IMG/VR virus record: IMGVR_UViG_3300034152_000478
Span: 86,883-150,882 of that record
Reading direction: 5' to 3' (one strand)
DNA length: 64,000 nt
Source of the DNA: a virus
Part shown: in pieces, positions 58,416-64,000 of the stretch
How positions within the stretch are numbered: position 1 is the stretch's first letter
How the letters are laid out: every line of letters starts with the position of its first letter
Translations under genes and position numbers: made by a program
The notes under the pieces: model-generated
What the model was told of the DNA's origin: nothing
Seen by the model: only the letters and a program-made list of their open reading frames with translations
Databases searched by the model: none

Positions 58416-59264
58416 CTATAGACTTTTGGTGGTTTCCCGCGTTTCCGTCGTTTCCCTAATTCCCGTTTCTGGATTGCGCGATGTTTCGTGACAGAGACCG
58501 CACGATGTACACTTTCCGGTTTGACAGCATACTACCCTATCCTGATAGACATTGGCGGTTTTCTGGGTCAATTTCAAGTAGGATGCGTGATTCGTGCGGT
58601 ACGTTTTTAGACCGTCTATCGTGTTACCATGGTATAGGGTAATGATGTCGGACACATCGGCAAGATGCGCATCGTCTTCCGATAGCATAACGCATCGTAT
58701 CCTATACTTCCCAGGATCTGAAAACCTAAGCTTGATAGCTTCCATTATGTCTGTCGACCCTACCGAGTCTATAGACAATTGGATGCGGTCCAAAAGATCG
58801 GACAATCGTTCGATGGTGCTATATTGTTTTGTAATTGCGTGAAGGTTAAAATATTGGCGCATCGTTGCAAGGATAGGACGCCAAAAGGATACCGTTTCCC
58901 GTTCCACATCGGATAATGCGAAAACCCGAATTGAAAACCTATTAAAACCATAGACTTTCAGGATTTTCTTCAATTCCCTACAAAACCTATGGACAATGTC
59001 AAGATCGACGGCGCAATCTTGGAAAACCTTACCCATGAAAAAGCCGGTTTTCCCATAGAGCTTATAGAGATTCGCTTTGTAGCAGTAGGCGCATGGTTTT
59101 CCCTCTTTTTCCTTAGGGCAATGGTTCGATGCGTCAAGGGAAACCAGGGTTTTCCTATTGTACCGGACAAAACCTATACCTTTTTTGTTGTATCGGCCAC
59201 AGAGATTCTTGACCTTACGATGAAGGTTTTCTTCACGTTTTTTTGTCAAATGTTTGTACATCAT
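58416..59264 (-). CDS. Gp88-like / radical-SAM-like Cys-cluster protein
   Basis: HCPK.....PCAYCY, IRV...SD, ITK, QLSID, C-terminal C...CTSCGLC. Confidence 0.55.
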   Translation of the reverse strand: MMYKHLTKKREENLHRKVKNLCGRYNKKGIGFVRYNRKTLVSLDASNHCPKEKEGKPCAYCYKANLYKLYGKTGFFMGKVFQDCAVDLDIVHRFCRELKKILKVYGFNRFSIRVFALSDVERETVSFWRPILATMRQYFNLHAITKQYSTIERLSDLLDRIQLSIDSVGSTDIMEAIKLRFSDPGKYRIRCVMLSEDDAHLADVSDIITLYHGNTIDGLKTYRTNHASYLKLTQKTANVYQDRVVCCQTGKCTSCGLCHETSRNPETGIRETTETRETTKSL

Positions 59265-59642
59265 CTTCTGCCTCCAGTAATGCGGAAAAGATGTCCAGGA
59301 AGTGGACGCTTTGCCACGATGTAAAAGAAGTAGTCAATTCCCATTGTCAAGATAATGGACAAAAGACCGACACAAAGATAGCCCATGGTTTACTCCTATC
59401 GTAAATGTTTTGGCGGGAAGGTTTTAGGTGATTCCCAGCACCATAATGGTTAATTACTGAGGAAGGATAGCAACGATTTCGGAAAGGATTTTCACAACGA
59501 CGATAACCGCGATCGTACCGAAAACCAATGCACTTTTGTAGTTTCTCATTGTTTTGCCTTTCTGTTGTGGTTGCCGTTTCTGTTTTCCATTCTATATAGA
59601 GTATACACCATAATCAGGAATTGTAAAACGCGTCAAGAAAAA

Positions 59643-59799
59643 TAAGTCTATACAGGATAATAACTTAGAGTCTATTACAAAAGATTAATCTTGGGATTTC
59701 CCGGTTTTTCCTCTGGATTGCTATAAGTAGTTATTAGCTATTAACTTAGGACAATGAGTTATGGGAGGGGACTGTAAGTATAGAAAAGATAATAACTTA
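59643..59799. repeat. Three TAAGT-N15-ACTTA spaced inverted repeats
   Basis: 59643-59667, 59724-59748, 59775-59799. Confidence 0.8.
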
Positions 59800-60281
59800 C
59801 AACCACATAGATACATCATCACAGACTATCGGTAGGATGTCGCATGGTATACTATATAGAATATATATTAAGACAAATAGCGTGCCCAGGAATCGATTGT
59901 GAAAAAGATTTAATAAAACCCTGCTTGGTCCGCAATATGCATCAAGACAAATAGCATACCATACAATGCATAGTAGAATAGTAGGGAATGGATTGACTAT
60001 AGGATCGGTAGGAATTGTAGGGATCGGGGAGTCTATAAAAAATATTATCTATGTATACTCTACAGGAATAGTAGACTTTAATCGATACACCATCCGAATC
60101 TCTACTAAGTATATAGACTCTATTTTCCCCACAGAATCTGGAATGTCTATAGGGGGGGTAGGGTTTTTCGACGGTTTAGCGTCTGCTAAACTGAGGGGGG
60201 GGTGGGGGTACCCACAACGATACCGGCCCCTCTCTCCGTAAAACCACCACCTACATAGTTAAGCCCTGTGTTGGTGGGGGT

Positions 60282-60551
60282 TTAGGAGAAAGAATTTTTC
60301 GCTGCGCTGGCCTTTATATCGCCTATTAACTCAGTCACCCGTGTACAAAGACCGTTTGCGTCAAGGTTCCACGCCTTGTAATCCTCAACGGCTGCCAGGA
60401 GGCTCGTAGCGGCGTCTGAGGCGTCTTCCTGTAGCTGCTTGAGCTGACATTCGGGACACGTCCAGGAGTCGTCCTCGACCAGCTTATCGCCGACACACAT
60501 GGCTGCTTCCCAGCGGTTGGTTTTGCATACCTTGCAAGTGTAAATTATCAC
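60282..60551 (-). CDS. Hypothetical Zn-ribbon protein
   Basis: CKVC...CPEC. Confidence 0.5.
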   Translation of the reverse strand: MIIYTCKVCKTNRWEAAMCVGDKLVEDDSWTCPECQLKQLQEDASDAATSLLAAVEDYKAWNLDANGLCTRVTELIGDIKASAAKNSFS

Positions 60552-61361
60552 CGCGAAATCTCCTAACGGGCAACGAGACCAATGATGGCTAATATGAGGA
60601 CTGTGATTATACCAACGGTTAATAGCTTGAACCAGGCTGGTATGCTTGTCTGATGGTCCCAGCGGACACTGTTGTCGCCCCAGAGGTCTCCACCGGAGCT
60701 TACTTTCCAGAAGTCTTTTTTGTTTGGGTCTTTATTCATGGCGGAATTCCTAATGTCGCCAAAATCGTGTGGCGTTTTTCCAACGGATTGCTCCGCGTTC
60801 CATAATGGGTGCATCGTGGCCAATTACCTGACTCTTACAGCGTGGACAGCATGTTTGGTCATCACATATTGCGACTCTGCAGCATTCGGTAAAAAACGTG
60901 CTGTTGGTGCCCCTTGGTTGGAGAGGTATTATTTGAACAGCCATGGCACAAATCTCCTCAGTCCATCGGGTTAGAAAACGGACCGAACTCTTCTTCGAAC
61001 TCGCGTGATCGCCGGATGGCGTCTTCCTCGTTGCGCCTGCGGTTGTTCTCTTCGGTGCCGTAGTCGCAGCGTCCACACATACATGGGTTGCAATCACAGA
61101 AACGACAATACACCATAGCTACTGCTCCTCTCCTAAAAGCTCGCGATAAGATGTCATAAGCTCTCGGCACTCTGCGCACACAGCTACTACTGTCATGAAA
61201 TATTGTCGATGTCTAAGCCAGCGGTCTACTACTGCCTTTTCTTCTTCGCAAAAATCGCATTGTCCAACATATGTCTTTTCTGGCATGATTTGCTAATCTC
61301 CAATCGACAGCGCAGGTTTCAATATATAGCAGGAGGGAACGTTCTTCTCTGGTCATGGCTA

Positions 61362-61712
61362 TTAACCCTTTTCTGTATGAGTTAGTGGTCCGTATACTTG
61401 GTGTCCACACTTGACACAGAAGAAGCCCTGCTTAGTGTAGCGGCTCGTGTCGTGAAAGCATATGGCGCACAGCTTTATTTCCTCTTCGTATCTACACGAT
61501 AGCGTTAAGAGCTGACCAGCCAAGTTGACAGCCTTTTCGACAAGTTGATTGTGGGCTGCTACAATCTGATCTAAAAACTCTCGTTCTGGCAGATGGAAGT
61601 AGGCAATCGGCTCCTTAGTTTTGGTACAGCGAATTGCGAAGACTTCTGTGTCTTCAGCAGGACCAAAGCGGTCTGCTGGCTCTATTCGAGTAAACACTTC
61701 CCACTTGTTCAT
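61362..61712 (-). CDS. Hypothetical protein
   Basis: Tiled ORF with C-terminal CxxC..CxxC. Confidence 0.5.
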   Translation of the reverse strand: MNKWEVFTRIEPADRFGPAEDTEVFAIRCTKTKEPIAYFHLPEREFLDQIVAAHNQLVEKAVNLAGQLLTLSCRYEEEIKLCAICFHDTSRYTKQGFFCVKCGHQVYGPLTHTEKG

Positions 61713-63175
61713 GGTTCGAGTCTCTTTAATGTTTCCAGGTGCGGGCGAGTTTCTTCAGTCAGGTTTCTAACTTGGCGGCGACCGAATGCACGGATGAAGC
61801 GGCCAAGAATCGAATCTTCTGTGTCGCTATAAAAATCCTTGAATGCCTGGATAATACCTTCCTGCAGTTCGACCGGCGTCATATGCTTGGGTTGTATGAT
61901 TGCGTGCTGGCCGTCATACAGGTGCCAGTCGTGCGTCAGGACGCGTCCCTCGGCTTCGAGACGTGCTGCTAAGGGTGTGCCTGGTAGCGGCGTCAGGGCC
62001 AGAAATTGGGCCGTACCGAGCTTCATTTCTTTGGCAAAAGCGACTGTCTCTCTGATGGTTTCTGGCGTGTCTACATCTGAGCCCAGAACGAATGTGCCAT
62101 GGAGGAAGATGCCCTTTGCATGGAAGCGCTCGATAGCCTCGCGGTTCTTCTCCAGGGTAGATCCCTTTCGCCACTGGCGCAATGCTTCGTTGCTGATAGA
62201 CTCAAATCCTATTATCACAGTCTCCATCTTGGTTTTCTTCATGAGATCCAGTAGGTCGTCATCGAATGCTGCCTCTATACGCGACTGACAAACCCAGCGA
62301 GGAAATTCCAGTCCTTCGGACAGGCAGCGGCTGAGGATCGCCTTGGCTCGATCTGGATTAGCGGTGAAGTTGTCATCGGCAAAAAAGACAGGCGCATTAG
62401 TACGCTTCAAATGATGTCGTATTAGCTCGATTGAACGGTCGATTGAAAGACAACGATACCGGCTGCCGAAGTTCTGGATGATAGAACAGTACTCGCAATT
62501 GTGCGGACATCCGCGTGAGGTTATAATGGTCTGATGAGTTATGTAGTCGAGCACGTTCTGAGGTAGGTTTGGGAACGGTAGGGCATTTAGCCCTTCATTG
62601 GTTAGGAATTCACGTGGCGGATTAACAACGACCTCTTTCTCTTGCTTATAGGCAATTCCCTTAATGTCACTTAAGAATGGTCTTTCGACATATTCGTTTA
62701 GTCGATATAAAAGCTCGATCAGCGTGTAGTCTCCCTCCTGCATGACCACGATATCGCCATGTTGAAGTGCCTCTTTTGGGAAGGCAGACACATGAGGGCC
62801 GCCAAAGATGATCTTAACACGAGGGTTGACTGACCGTATGAAATCCGCTAACTGATAAGAAGGAGATGCGGTTCGCGTGATAACTGAAATGCCAATCACA
62901 TCCGACTTGCAAAAGCGATCCCAGTCGGCGGATCTCAACAGTCGGCCACTTCGATTAACTACAGGCGTCATGGCAACTGTGTCAGAGAAGCCGCTTGTTT
63001 GTGCTATCGCAGCCAAATGATCAACGCAGCGGGCAGGAAGACGATAGAGTGAATAGAAATCTGTAGACAGATCGCCCGATAGCTGCCCGTTTGACAGCGC
63101 TGGCAATTCAACAAAAGTGATAATGAGATTCTTTTCCACTTTTCTGCTCAAAATGTTGCGCCACACTCGCCACAA
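61709..63175 (-). CDS. B12-binding radical SAM protein
   Basis: DVIGIS, GGPHVS, EGD, TSRGCPHNCEYC, FADDNF, IGFES, LTPLPGT. Confidence 0.92.
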   Translation of the reverse strand: MWRVWRNILSRKVEKNLIITFVELPALSNGQLSGDLSTDFYSLYRLPARCVDHLAAIAQTSGFSDTVAMTPVVNRSGRLLRSADWDRFCKSDVIGISVITRTASPSYQLADFIRSVNPRVKIIFGGPHVSAFPKEALQHGDIVVMQEGDYTLIELLYRLNEYVERPFLSDIKGIAYKQEKEVVVNPPREFLTNEGLNALPFPNLPQNVLDYITHQTIITSRGCPHNCEYCSIIQNFGSRYRCLSIDRSIELIRHHLKRTNAPVFFADDNFTANPDRAKAILSRCLSEGLEFPRWVCQSRIEAAFDDDLLDLMKKTKMETVIIGFESISNEALRQWRKGSTLEKNREAIERFHAKGIFLHGTFVLGSDVDTPETIRETVAFAKEMKLGTAQFLALTPLPGTPLAARLEAEGRVLTHDWHLYDGQHAIIQPKHMTPVELQEGIIQAFKDFYSDTEDSILGRFIRAFGRRQVRNLTEETRPHLETLKRLEP

Positions 63176-63417
63176 GCATCGCCCTCTCCAGTGTCAACGT
63201 GTAATGTTCCACTGCAACATGGGCAAACCTTACACATTACTTTCAGGTAGTTGCGCTTCCGCCACAAGAAAGCAACAAACAGAGAGGCTGTCATAGGTAT
63301 TGCGGGCCATCCTACTCCCATATGGTATGAGGCAAATCCAACAAACCCAAACATAAAGGCCCATATGGCAACAAGAAAAGTACTCATTAATAGATCGAAA
63401 CTAATTATTCTGTACAT
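63148..63417 (-). CDS. Small membrane protein
   Basis: Two TM helices plus CxxC motifs; AGGAG RBS. Confidence 0.5.
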   Translation of the reverse strand: MYRIISFDLLMSTFLVAIWAFMFGFVGFASYHMGVGWPAIPMTASLFVAFLWRKRNYLKVMCKVCPCCSGTLHVDTGEGDACGECGATF

Positions 63418-63574
63418 TGCTTTCTCCTAAGTGTTGTTTGCATGGTTGGTTTTTGTGTACCAGCGTTTTCTTTAATCGACAATATATAGCTTGAAATGTT
63501 CTGCAGCTCCCACTGCCATCTGATCCTTCTTTGGGCCATGTGGCATACTGGCAACGCATATCGCAAAATTGCAT

Positions 63575-63889
63575 TTAGTTGCCCCACTTGTCCAGTGCTT
63601 TTTTAGCTATCTCAGCCATGGTGTGCATGGCAACTGTAGCGGGACCGACATCGATTAACTCAGGACAGTTAGCAGTTAGATTCTCACACTCTTTATACTT
63701 AGATAGAATGTCCTTAAGCGCCTGTAGAAGTTCTCCTATTGCTTCGTGAGTGTCGCAGGCGTCGCATATGCTTTCTGAGCGTTCTGCTGCCAGTCTTTCT
63801 TCGCGTTCACGGAGGCTCCTCAGAGCGTGTTCTCGTGCTTCTTTCCGTGTGATTTTGCGACCTGGCTTTTCATCCATGATTTTCTTCAT
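63575..63889 (-). CDS. Hypothetical protein
   Basis: AAAGGA RBS. Confidence 0.5.
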   Translation of the reverse strand: MKKIMDEKPGRKITRKEAREHALRSLREREERLAAERSESICDACDTHEAIGELLQALKDILSKYKECENLTANCPELIDVGPATVAMHTMAEIAKKALDKWGN

Positions 63890-64000
63890 GGCGATATGTC
63901 CTTTGTCTATTTTGGTGGCAAGTTGCCGCTGGGGATCGCAAAGCCGTGTGATTCAATCTTATAGAGCCAACCTCCGTCTCGTAGAAGACCCTTTCTGCCC

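Noticed and set aside
1-64000. CRISPR array, rRNA, diversity-generating retroelement/reverse transcriptase, stop-codon recoding, structural genes
   Set aside because: No repeat-spacer array, rRNA, RT motifs or recognisable virion genes seen; genes tile densely in the standard code

Overview
64 kb of a large tailed-bacteriophage (or phage-like element) genome. Essentially all genuine genes are on the - strand, in the standard code, and no capsid, tail or terminase genes are recognisable. Family assignments come from motif recognition only; no database search was run. Reading in the direction of transcription (high to low coordinates): (1) 60.3-64 kb holds small hypothetical genes and a B12-binding radical SAM gene. 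(2) 59.6-60.3 kb is non-coding, with three fixed-spacing TAAGT-N15-ACTTA sites and G-tracts (possible packaging site or genome end). (3) A 1,879-bp IS607-family element at 55851-57729 has no tnpB, carries a C5 DNA methyltransferase and a 51-aa ORF, and is flanked by AGG cores; removing it restores an interrupted 94-codon phage gene exactly in frame. (4) 53.45-55.48 kb is gene-poor, with several candidate structured RNAs, a consensus sigma54 site and iteron-like repeats. (5) 34.5-53.4 kb is an early-type region of many small ORFs (DUF932, bL12 C-terminal domain, HNH-AP2, sigma-like, SprT, WYL_2) behind repeated sigma70 promoters, ending in tRNA-Gly(GCC) and a terminator. (6) 1-34 kb is a dense operon for replication and recombination (primase, DnaB, RecA, single-strand annealing protein), nucleotide metabolism (DUF5664, 2 NDT-like, ThyX, dCMP deaminase, IMPDH/GMPR, UDG, PhoH, YhaM) and a ~16-kb glycan-modification cluster. 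That cluster contains HldA/HldC-like genes, GT2, GT9, UDP-glucose dehydrogenase, five SAM methyltransferases, APS kinase next to a miniature ATP-sulfurylase-like protein, and three paralogous HxNS beta-propellers, suggesting a phage-encoded sulfation/methylation system.
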